Below the pieces are notes generated by a model. It was not told where the DNA came from, searched no databases, and worked only from the letters and a program-made list of their open reading frames with translations. 64,000 nt of DNA from Devosia sp. GTDB lineage: Bacteria > Pseudomonadota > Alphaproteobacteria > Rhizobiales > Devosiaceae. Each line of letters starts with the position of its first letter. Positions within the stretch are counted from its first letter, which is position 1. A program made the translations under genes and the position numbers. Positions 55,950 through 64,000 of the stretch are shown here, piece after piece. Where the stretch lies: the NCBI RefSeq assembly GCF_036676215.1, contig NZ_JAKFDJ010000068.1, positions 65,575 to 129,574 of the forward strand, given 5' to 3'.

Positions 55950-57671
55950 TCAATCGGGAAGCGCGAACACGTATACGGTCGCCGGGTTGTGGGTCGGAAG
56001 CTTGATGTCCGGCGTCAGCGATTGCAGGCGGCCCAGGCCGGAGGCCCAGTTCGCAACAATCGCAACATACTGCTTGCCGCCCGCCTCGTAGGAGATCGGG
56101 AAGGATTCGAGCGAATTGCTCATCTTGCCACTCTCCCAGAGGATATCACCGGTCTCGTCGTCGAAGGCGAGGAACTTGCGGTCAAGAGTGCCCACGAAGA
56201 CCACGCCGCCGGCCGTTGGCAGGGTCGAACTGACGACCGGCGCATATTGCCGATGCGACCAGGTGGTCGACTGGTCGGACACTTTGACGGCGTCGACGCG
56301 GCCGTAATTGCCGTCGCTGTCCGGGGTCGGCACACGATCAAAGGTCGCCCGTCCGCCACTCGTGTAGATCTCGCCCGGATCGAGCGGCTGCGGGGTGGTG
56401 TTCGAGCAGAACTCAACCAGTGGCAGGTAGATCGTCTCAGTCTTGGGGCTGTAGGACGTGGCCTGCCAGGCCCGCCCGCCCGGGTCGGCCGGGCAGTTGA
56501 AGGTGGTCTGACCGATATGCGGAACGGTTTCGGGATTGATGGTCTTCTCGCCCGTTTCCTGGTTGATGGACAGCACCACGTTTTGCGGCACGGTTTCCTT
56601 GGCCCACAGCCACTCGCCGGTGTTCCGATTGAGCGCTTCGATGATGCCGAGCTTGCCGGTCGTCACCACCATGTCGTCGATGAGCAAGCGCTCATAGACG
56701 TAGTCGAGGTCGAGAGAGTCGGTCTTGAGGTACTGGTGGTACCACTTCAGCTCGCCGGTATTCGGGTCAAGGGCAAGCGTTGAGTCGGTGTAGAGTGCGT
56801 CGTTGCTGTCGTCCGGATCGGCGCTCTCGGGGAGTAGCCCGTTGATCTCGGCGATCCACGGATAGGGCTGGCCGACACCGGCGAAGACCAGGTTCTGCAC
56901 TGGGTCATAGGAGCCAGTGATCCACGCCGAAGCGCCGTGCCGGCTTTCCAGCGGGATGCCGTTCCAGCTATTGCCCTCAGGCGTATCGCCGCGGGCGATG
57001 GTGTGGAAGCGCCACATTTCTGCGCCGGTGTCCGGGTCGTGCCCGGTGTAGAAACAGCCGCCGGGCTGGGCGTTGCTGCAGCTGGTCATGCCCTGGACAA
57101 TGACGCCGTTGGCGACAATCGGGCCGCTGGAATAGGCGAAGCCTTTTTTGAAGTCGGCGACCTGCTTGTCCCATACCAACTGGCCGGTCTTGATATCGAG
57201 CGCAAGAATATGGGCGTCGCGGGTCGCGACGATCAGCTTGTCACCGTAGATCGCCTTGCTGCGCTCGCCATTGGGGTTCACCTCATCCGGCAGCTCGTAC
57301 TGATACTCCCAGATCAGGTCCCCCGTGGCGGCGTCAAGCGCCTGGATAAGGTGAGTGGAATTCTGGATGAACATGATTCCGTCATGGACCAGCGGGGTTT
57401 CCTGCGTCCGTCCGCCCGGCGTCATGCCCCAGGACCAGACCAGCTCAAGGTCGCTGACGTTTTCCTTGTTGATCTCGTCCAGTGGGCTGTAGCCCCACCC
57501 ATTATAGGTGCGACGCCACATCAGCCAGTCGCCGTCCGGCGGGTCCTGCAGCATCTCGTCGGTAACCGGCGTTATGGCGTCGATCGGGTTGTCTTGGGCC
57601 ACGGCCGCTTGCATGGCAAATAATGATATCGACGAAGCGGCGATCGCAAGCAGTTTACGACTACCCGTCAT
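55950..57671 (-). CDS. Periplasmic PQQ-dependent dehydrogenase (sorbose dehydrogenase / DepA-like type I quinoprotein)
   Basis: Signal peptide; W..WRR...GWGYSPL..IN..NV, TPLV.DG.MF, repeated ALD..TG..W propeller motifs, WITGSYD, PISYE.GGKQYVA. Confidence 0.93.
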   Translation of the reverse strand: MTGSRKLLAIAASSISLFAMQAAVAQDNPIDAITPVTDEMLQDPPDGDWLMWRRTYNGWGYSPLDEINKENVSDLELVWSWGMTPGGRTQETPLVHDGIMFIQNSTHLIQALDAATGDLIWEYQYELPDEVNPNGERSKAIYGDKLIVATRDAHILALDIKTGQLVWDKQVADFKKGFAYSSGPIVANGVIVQGMTSCSNAQPGGCFYTGHDPDTGAEMWRFHTIARGDTPEGNSWNGIPLESRHGASAWITGSYDPVQNLVFAGVGQPYPWIAEINGLLPESADPDDSNDALYTDSTLALDPNTGELKWYHQYLKTDSLDLDYVYERLLIDDMVVTTGKLGIIEALNRNTGEWLWAKETVPQNVVLSINQETGEKTINPETVPHIGQTTFNCPADPGGRAWQATSYSPKTETIYLPLVEFCSNTTPQPLDPGEIYTSGGRATFDRVPTPDSDGNYGRVDAVKVSDQSTTWSHRQYAPVVSSTLPTAGGVVFVGTLDRKFLAFDDETGDILWESGKMSNSLESFPISYEAGGKQYVAIVANWASGLGRLQSLTPDIKLPTHNPATVYVFALPD

Positions 57672-57991
57672 AGTAGCCTCCCCTCAATTTGCTGTGACTA
57701 GCGCTAAGGCTCGATCGCATTTTTTTCGAAGAGGATTGAGCCGGCTCAATAATTGTACGCTAGCTTACTTTGACCGTAGACCCTTGCGCCGGGCACCGTC
57801 AACTGGACGCACCGCTCACATTTAGGCGAAGCCCACACGCCTCGTGTTCGCGGCCGAGGAACACTTGCTTTCGGCGAGCTTGACGCGGCCTATGGAAAAC
57901 GCTTGCCTTGGCCTATCCTCGGGACAAAATCCGAGCCGGGGCTAGCAACAGGAAGGGCGCGTCCCGCGTCGCTCCGCCTTTCCTCGATACG

Positions 57992-58804
57992 TCACTGCGG
58001 GCGGTAGAAGTCGGATTGAGGATCGGCCAGCACGAGTTCGCGCATCCGCGATGAGAGGTAGGCGCGCAGCTTGATATAGCGCTCGTCCGCCCAGGCATTG
58101 TAAGCCCAGCGCGGGCGGTCGAGATCGACATCCAGCGTCTCGACAATTCGTCCCGGCCGGGGCCCCATGAGGACGATGCGGTCGGAGAGGATGATCGCCT
58201 CGTCCACGCTATGCGTCACGAAAAGCACGGTCGACTGCTGTTGGCTCCAGAGCCGCATGAGCTCCATCTGCATGAGTTCGCGGGTTTGCGCGTCTATGCT
58301 GGCAAAAGGCTCGTCCATGAGGAGGACACGCGGCTTCGTGACCAGGGCGCGCGCAATGGCAACGCGCTGCTTCATGCCGCCCGATAGCTCGTCCGGATAG
58401 GCATCCTTGAAGCGCGTGAGACCCACCGTCTCCAGCTGCTCCCGCGCCATTCTCGCCCGCTCCTCGCGCGAATGCCCCTGCTCGCCTAGAGGGAACTCGA
58501 CATTGGCCTCAACCGTAAGCCAGGGAATCAGACGGAATGACTGGAATACGAAGCCCATGCCGGGGCCGGGCTTCGGCGACTCCCCATGAACGCGGATTGA
58601 GCCATGTTGCGGCTTGAGCAGACCGTCTACCAGCCGCAGCAGCGTGGTCTTGCCGCACCCCGAAGGCCCGAGCACGCTGACGAAGAGCCCGTCGGGCACC
58701 GATAGGTTGATGTCCTTGAGCGCAACGATCTCCTGCTTCAGGCGGGCGGAGCGGAAGGAAACACCTACGCCGCGAAGGTCTATGGCGGCGACGGGAGAAG
58801 GCAA
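57992..58804 (-). CDS. NitT/TauT-family ABC ATP-binding protein
   Basis: GPSGCGKTT, LSGGMKQR, MDEPFA, FVTHSVDEA, RPGRI. Confidence 0.93.
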   Translation of the reverse strand: MPSPVAAIDLRGVGVSFRSARLKQEIVALKDINLSVPDGLFVSVLGPSGCGKTTLLRLVDGLLKPQHGSIRVHGESPKPGPGMGFVFQSFRLIPWLTVEANVEFPLGEQGHSREERARMAREQLETVGLTRFKDAYPDELSGGMKQRVAIARALVTKPRVLLMDEPFASIDAQTRELMQMELMRLWSQQQSTVLFVTHSVDEAIILSDRIVLMGPRPGRIVETLDVDLDRPRWAYNAWADERYIKLRAYLSSRMRELVLADPQSDFYRPQ

Positions 58805-58843
58805 TTGATCTGGAATTCTTCCCCCCCGTCGGATAGTCGTTCC

Positions 58844-59857
58844 TCACCGGGCAGCGGCGTCACCGTCCACAGTGCCCAGGTCAGCAAGTACCGCGTCCAC
58901 GGGGCCGAAGTCCACCCACTGGTCCAAAGTCACCGGGGTCACACTGGCAAAATCCTCGGTCGAATAGAGCCAGTCCTGGGTGTATTGCAGGTCGGTGGCG
59001 TTCATGCCGCCGTTGACGCTCCAGCTCGTTGCGAACGTTGCCGCCAGCGCCTGGAGGCCAGCCTCGTCGGTGTTCGGCGCGTAAGGCACCATGGCCGCGG
59101 CCCAGCTGTTGGGATCGGCCGCAAAATCGCGCGAGAGCTTGATCAGCGCACGGATGACGCCCTGCACTTCGGCGCCGCGCTCGTCGAGCACCTTCTGGGT
59201 CACGACGTTGACCTTGTTGATGACCGGAGCGGCCGCGTAATATGGCTCCTGGTCGATGAGGAGGTGGTAGCCGGTCTTGTCCGGGATCGACATCCAGACA
59301 CCGATCGACATCGTGGTGGCGTCGATCTGACCCGCGACCAGAGCCTGCGCGCGGACGTTGGGCTGGCCAATGGCAACCACTTCCATCGCGTTGATATCGA
59401 GGCCCCCGCCAGCGAGCACTTTCATCGACAACGAGTGATCAAGGCTGCCTACGCGGCCGACTCCGAACGTGCGACCGGCGAGGGCAGCGACGGTCGTGAT
59501 GTCGTCCTTGGCTGCGATAACGTAGGGCAGTGACTTGTTTGGTGAGGTCACCGCCTTCAGGTCGGTGGCGCCCTGAGCGACGAGGAGCAGCAGGCCATCG
59601 ACGCTGACATTGGCCATCTCGCCTTCGCCAGCGGCCAGCGCTTGCAGGGCCGATGGCGTCTGCTCGACGCGGACGAGCTCGACCTCGACACCTTCGGCTT
59701 CGAAGTAGCCCTTCTCCAGCGCCAGATCCATGACCGAGTTGGGAACGAGCGGCGGCTCAAGGTGGGTGAGGATCAGCCGGAACGGTGCCGCGGTCGCCGG
59801 CTGTGCGAGCATCAGTGCTGCGAGCGCGGGTAGAAGAAGTTGGACAAATTTCTTCAT
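58844..59857 (-). CDS. NitT/TauT (SsuA/NMT1-like) ABC substrate-binding protein
   Basis: Signal peptide; A.EKGYF..EG.EVE, AL.AGQIDA; AAGGAGG RBS. Confidence 0.88.
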   Translation of the reverse strand: MKKFVQLLLPALAALMLAQPATAAPFRLILTHLEPPLVPNSVMDLALEKGYFEAEGVEVELVRVEQTPSALQALAAGEGEMANVSVDGLLLLVAQGATDLKAVTSPNKSLPYVIAAKDDITTVAALAGRTFGVGRVGSLDHSLSMKVLAGGGLDINAMEVVAIGQPNVRAQALVAGQIDATTMSIGVWMSIPDKTGYHLLIDQEPYYAAAPVINKVNVVTQKVLDERGAEVQGVIRALIKLSRDFAADPNSWAAAMVPYAPNTDEAGLQALAATFATSWSVNGGMNATDLQYTQDWLYSTEDFASVTPVTLDQWVDFGPVDAVLADLGTVDGDAAAR

Positions 59858-59875
59858 GGTTTCCTCCTTGGGTGG

Positions 59876-60625
59876 TCAGGTTGGAGCATCGCCCCGCCAG
59901 CGCTCAAGGCGCAGTTGCAGGTGGCGAAGGAGTTCGGTGACGATGACGCCCACGGTTGCGAGGATCAGGACGATTACGAAGTACTCGGCCATGCGGAACG
60001 TGTTGCCATAGATGGCGAGGAGGCCCCCCAGTCCGCGAACGGCAGTGTAGAGCTCGGCGACCACGGTGTTGATCAGTCCAATGGTCGCGCCGATGCGGAG
60101 GCCAACGACGATGAAGGGCACCGCGCTCGGGATGGTGATCCGGGTGAAGATGCGCCACCGGCTCGCACCCACCGACTTCGCCATCTCGACGAGTTCGTCG
60201 TTCGAGGCGAGGACACCGGCGTAGGTGTTAAGAAGGATCGGCATCGTGGCGCCGAGAAAGACGATGAAAACTTTCGCCTGCACCCCGAGGCCGAGCAGGA
60301 CGATGATCAGCGGAATGAAGGCGACCCGCGGCGTCGCGGCCAGCGCGTTAACATAGACGTCGAGCGTTTTGCCGAGCGGCCGGAACCCGCCCATGATGAC
60401 CCCCGTCGGCACCGCAACCGTGGCGGCGAGCGCAAAGCCAAGACCATAGACAGTCAGGCTGTCCCCGATCGCGATCCAGAGCCGAGCCTCCGAGAAGAGG
60501 CGCTGTGCGGCCTCGAAGGTCGCGAGCGGCGTCGGGAAGAGATTCCGAGGAATGAGTTCGGACGCTATGGTCCAGCCGGCCAGAAGGAGGGCCAGGAAAC
60601 CGAGGCGATAGAGCAAAATAATCAT
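59876..60625 (-). CDS. NitT/TauT-family ABC permease
   Basis: PTP, PRVAFIPL, EMAKSVGA...IF..I.IPSA.P, VVAE. Confidence 0.92.
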   Translation of the reverse strand: MIILLYRLGFLALLLAGWTIASELIPRNLFPTPLATFEAAQRLFSEARLWIAIGDSLTVYGLGFALAATVAVPTGVIMGGFRPLGKTLDVYVNALAATPRVAFIPLIIVLLGLGVQAKVFIVFLGATMPILLNTYAGVLASNDELVEMAKSVGASRWRIFTRITIPSAVPFIVVGLRIGATIGLINTVVAELYTAVRGLGGLLAIYGNTFRMAEYFVIVLILATVGVIVTELLRHLQLRLERWRGDAPT

Positions 60626-60701
60626 GGCTCAACTCCCCAACAGCCCCATTGTTAGCGCCGATCGGGCGTGCAGGGTCCAATAGCCGCTATAGGTTTCTCT
60701 T

Positions 60702-61703
60702 CTAGCGGCCGTATCCGCTAGGTTTGAGGAAGGGCGGCACCGGGCCGATCTTCGGCCGCACCTGGTCCTGGGCGACCTCACGCAGGGTGTCGATCAGCGC
60801 CGAGTAGGGCGCAAGATGGCGGTACTGCGAGGGAACCAGCGCCACCAGCGGACGCGGAATGCCAACCGTCACCTCGTAGAGCCGGATGCCGCCGAGAACC
60901 GAGGCGCCGGCAAAGCAGGAGAGCGCCGGTGCGAGGCAGACGCCAAGCCCGGCGCGCACCATCGCCACGGCAACCTCAAAGCTGCGGCACTGTGCGACGA
61001 CCCGATGGTTGGTCAGGGTAGTCTCATACCACGCCTCGATCCGCTTCTGGTGCTGCGTGCCGTAGATGAAGTGGATCCCGTTGTTGAGGATCGCACGCTG
61101 CGCCGCATCGAGCCTGTCCTCGGACGTAACGCCATCGAGCTTGAGCGCCTCCGGCACGACAAGGACATAGGGGTCATCGAGCAGCGGCACCTGCACAAAA
61201 CCCATGCTGGCCTGGGCAATCGAACTCGCCGCAACGATCCCGACATTGGCCCGCCGAGCATAGAGCATCGCCAGTACGTCGCTCGGACTGCTCTCGTGCA
61301 GGTCGAAGCCTATGTCCGGATATTGGTCGTGGAAGCGGCGGAGCGCCTGCGGCAGCAGAACCCGGACAGGTGAGCTGATCCCCGCGATGCCGATGGTCCG
61401 GGTGCCGCCGGCAAAGCCGCTGAGCCCATCCTCGAGCTGCTGCATTTCGCGCATCACCGGTTCGGCGCGATCGAGGAGGAAAGTCCCGATCTCGGTCAGC
61501 GTCATGCGCGCCGCCCGACGCTCGAACACCTGGTGCCCGATGCTCGCCTCGAGCTTGGCTATCTGCTGGGACAGCGACGGCTGCGACAGCCCGAGCTGTT
61601 TGGCGGCCCGGCTCACCGTTCCAGCATGGGCAACCGCCCACACAACACGCAATTGGTGAAGGGTCAGGTGAGGGCCGCCGATAGTCTTGGTCATGATCGG
61701 CAT
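60702..61703 (-). CDS. LysR family transcriptional regulator
   Basis: L.QLRV..AVA..GTVS.AA..L.LSQPSLSQQI..LE...G..VFER; MV.AGLGV. Confidence 0.95.
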   Translation of the reverse strand: MPIMTKTIGGPHLTLHQLRVVWAVAHAGTVSRAAKQLGLSQPSLSQQIAKLEASIGHQVFERRAARMTLTEIGTFLLDRAEPVMREMQQLEDGLSGFAGGTRTIGIAGISSPVRVLLPQALRRFHDQYPDIGFDLHESSPSDVLAMLYARRANVGIVAASSIAQASMGFVQVPLLDDPYVLVVPEALKLDGVTSEDRLDAAQRAILNNGIHFIYGTQHQKRIEAWYETTLTNHRVVAQCRSFEVAVAMVRAGLGVCLAPALSCFAGASVLGGIRLYEVTVGIPRPLVALVPSQYRHLAPYSALIDTLREVAQDQVRPKIGPVPPFLKPSGYGR

Positions 61704-61988
61704 GTAGCTGGCGTACCCAAGAATTTCGAGCGGGAGTTAATGGCTTCCATCACCAGATGCGAGCTCAGATGGCCCGTCGGTCGCGCAGATATTTGCGCCG
61801 GACAATGGTGCGCGGCACTGGTGAAAGAACTGTTAGCATGGTGCGTGCCTGGGTGACGGCACCACCCTCACCCATCACCGAACGCGACACCTCGGTCGGC
61901 CTGTACGCTTCAAGAAGAAGGCCCAGGAAAGCCCTGGGCCCAGTTGAATTGGTCAGCCTTGCAGGTTTGGCTTGAAAACCTGTCGACC

Positions 61989-62261
61989 TCAAGCGCCGTT
62001 GCCGGGTTCCGCGTGAGTTAGCCATCCCGTCGACAGCCAACGTTTGGCCTGGCTCATCACCCGCCGCCGCTGAATCAGGTGTTCGGTCAGCAGCGCCTTC
62101 ACCGTGTCGGCCGCCGATGCGTTGCCCAGCGGACTCAACATCATATGGCCGTCCATCCGGGCATGGATGACGTTGTTTTCGACGTAGTAGCTGGCACGAT
62201 GAATCTTACCATCATGCGTAACTTCAACAGTCTGGACTAGACATTCGCGTTCCTGTTTCAT
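61989..62261 (-). CDS. Small hypothetical protein
   Basis: GAGGT RBS; plausible beta-beta-beta-alpha sequence; no family recognised. Confidence 0.6.
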   Translation of the reverse strand: MKQERECLVQTVEVTHDGKIHRASYYVENNVIHARMDGHMMLSPLGNASAADTVKALLTEHLIQRRRVMSQAKRWLSTGWLTHAEPGNGA

Positions 62262-62389
62262 GGCCACCTCCGGCCATAACCATGGACATCGACGTCACCG
62301 CTTTCAAGTTAGCATTGCTGACCATTTTACAGGGCGCGGCGTGGCGCTGACCGCATCCGTATTGGGCCAGATCCTATCGCATTGCTCGT

Positions 62390-63679
62390 CTAAATCGTCT
62401 CAGAGATGGACGACAAAGTAGCGGGAACAATCTGGGGTTCGGAGGCAAAGACCATCGCCCGATTTCGCCCCGCGCGCTTGGCGGCATAGAGCGCTTCATC
62501 GGCCTGTCGCTGGAGACGCTCAGGGGCGTGCTTCTCCGGACTGGTAGGCCCCGCCGCAACTCCGATACTCACTGTGACAAACGGTGCCACCCGTGAACCG
62601 GGGCTTGGAAATGCGGCTGCGGCGATGGAACTGCATATCTGTTCGGCCACCGCGAGAGCTTCGGCAGCCGTGGCGTTAAACAGGAGGATCATGAACTCCT
62701 CGCCGCCATAGCGGGCGACGCAATCCTGCTTGGATCGCAGGTTATGTTTGATGAGGTTTGCCACCTGCTGGAGGCAGCGATCGCCTTCGGCATGGCCGCG
62801 CTGATCGTTCAACGCCTTGAAATCATCGATATCGCACATCAGAACCGCGACCGTGTCGGCTTCCAGCCAGAGCTTGCCAAGCAGTTCGCGCATCCAGCGG
62901 CGGTTGGCCACGCCCGTCAGCGGGTCGATCTTGGACAGCTCGTCGAGCCGATGATTTGCTTCGGCCAGCTCGGCCACGTGTCGGCGATCTCGCAGTTCAA
63001 GCAGGAAGGATTTCTGCGCCAGGATGGTGGCGGTCCGCCGCGCCATGACGGTCGCGATCACCCCACAAAAATAGAAAAAGAACCCCGATAGGGCGCTCCG
63101 GGCCTCTACCATGGGATTTTGCAGCTGCAACAGGAGGTAGAGGCTGAGAACGATGGCGGCCAGAGCCACGGTGTGGCGCATGGGCACGGTGAAAATGATG
63201 ATGCCGGTGATGGCCGTAAAGACCATCACATTGAGAAAGCGCTCGTAGAGCTCGCCCCCACCGGCCACACCCATCAGGCCGACGCCGAGCAGCATGAAGA
63301 ACATGGCGACCGTCAGCGACCAGTGCAGCACACGATTTGACCGACGCTTGCGCCAGACCAGGAGCGCCGCAAGGGCGGCAGCGAGGACCATCGCCGCAGG
63401 CAGCAGCATCGCCACCCCAGATGTTTGGGGCAGCAGAACCAGGTTCAGCACCAGGGTCAAACCCTCAAGAACCATGACCCAGACCAGCCAGGATCGAACA
63501 ATCATGGCGGCTTGTCGCCAGGTTCGATCCCAGAACGCCTGGGCCACCTGACCCTTAAGCCGGATGTTGCGGGTTCGACCCGAGAGGAGGCGCTCGACCT
63601 CTGCCATAATCGACAGATCTTGAACATGCGCGTCCAGAACGCCCGCTGCCGTCACGGACCTGTACGATTGGACGTTCAT
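62390..63679 (-). CDS. Membrane-bound diguanylate cyclase (GGDEF)
   Basis: ~6 TM helices; DPLTGVANRR, DIDDFKALND..GH..GD, RYGGEEF, AD.ALY.AK..GRNR. Confidence 0.94.
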   Translation of the reverse strand: MNVQSYRSVTAAGVLDAHVQDLSIMAEVERLLSGRTRNIRLKGQVAQAFWDRTWRQAAMIVRSWLVWVMVLEGLTLVLNLVLLPQTSGVAMLLPAAMVLAAALAALLVWRKRRSNRVLHWSLTVAMFFMLLGVGLMGVAGGGELYERFLNVMVFTAITGIIIFTVPMRHTVALAAIVLSLYLLLQLQNPMVEARSALSGFFFYFCGVIATVMARRTATILAQKSFLLELRDRRHVAELAEANHRLDELSKIDPLTGVANRRWMRELLGKLWLEADTVAVLMCDIDDFKALNDQRGHAEGDRCLQQVANLIKHNLRSKQDCVARYGGEEFMILLFNATAAEALAVAEQICSSIAAAAFPSPGSRVAPFVTVSIGVAAGPTSPEKHAPERLQRQADEALYAAKRAGRNRAMVFASEPQIVPATLSSISETI

Positions 63680-63719
63680 CGTTCAGTTCGCGCCACAACC
63701 GAAGGACGCCTGGACCTGG

Positions 63720-64000
63720 TCATCCCTTCTTTCCGTTCCCGTTCCCGTTCCCGTTCCCGTTCCCGTTCTCACTGCCGCGGCCGTTGCCGTTCTCAGCATT
63801 GCCGCCGCCCCTGCCCGAGGATTCGCCGCCGCTGCCGCCAGCATTGCTGACGCCGCCCGACTTGTCGTTGCCATTTCCGTTGTTCAAGGACCCGCCCGCA
63901 TTGCCGTTGGCCGAACCGGCCGAAGCGACATTTTCGCCTGATTGGCCCTGGGCGAGCGAGGCGGACGGGTTGGGCTGGGTCGCCGCAGGCGCGGGTGGAG
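63720..64000 (-). CDS. C-terminal Gly/Asn-rich low-complexity tail of a gene starting beyond the window
   Basis: Open frame PPAPAATQPN...GSENGNGNGNGNGNGKKG with TGA at 63720-63722; absent from ORF track because the start lies outside the window. Confidence 0.75.
   Translation of the reverse strand, partial: PPAPAATQPNPSASLAQGQSGENVASAGSANGNAGGSLNNGNGNDKSGGVSNAGGSGGESSGRGGGNAENGNGRGSENGNGNGNGNGNGKKG
63733..63768. repeat. Hexanucleotide microsatellite (CCGTTC)x6 encoding (Asn-Gly)6
   Basis: Six perfect CCGTTC units. Confidence 0.95.

Noticed and set aside
55950-57671. Calling the enzyme DepA, XoxF or MxaF
   Set aside because: It lacks the vicinal CC of methanol/ethanol dehydrogenases, and identity to DepA cannot be established without an alignment
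50803-57991. pqqA precursor peptide near the PQQ dehydrogenase
   Set aside because: No short ORF with the E-x-x-x-Y motif was found by eye in the intergenic gaps
63683-63874. 63-aa ORF with TGTGTG repeat in the ORF track
   Set aside because: Wrong frame; the Gly/Asn-rich frame ending at 63720 is open to the window edge and has typical codon usage
1-64000. CRISPR array, IS element, prophage, rRNA
   Set aside because: No regularly spaced repeats, transposase, integrase, phage structural genes or rRNA-like sequence were seen

Overview
High-GC alphaproteobacterial chromosome segment. Gene content and order suggest Hyphomicrobiales, probably Devosia-like (inference, no database search). 1-27 kb is mostly core genome: tandem-CSD cold-shock protein, glyoxalase, M15 peptidase, two tRNA-Glu genes followed by an AT-richer DUF2971-like gene, cfa with a decayed DUF1365 remnant, the aminotransferase-hom-glpX-recJ block, an SdpR/SdpI module, rplM-rpsI, ctaA, a unipolar-polysaccharide (upp-like) cluster and tRNA-Pro. 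27.8-47 kb is a ~19 kb amine/amino-acid catabolic island with an Lrp/AsnC regulator and a motif recurring in its intergenic regions. After tex, 51-61.7 kb holds a PQQ-dehydrogenase locus: cytochrome c, a site-2-protease homologue that has lost every catalytic residue, two MxaJ/XoxJ-like binding proteins, an ABC-2 exporter, and a NitT/TauT importer with LysR. Best candidates for new biology: (1) homoserine dehydrogenase fused to a phage Cro-like HTH, with a palindrome in its own promoter; (2) the PQQ module with its pseudo-protease; (3) the uncharacterised catabolic island; (4) an unannotated 31-aa hydrophobic peptide next to a glycosyltransferase and SdpI-type immunity genes. No CRISPR, rRNA, integrase or transposase was seen.
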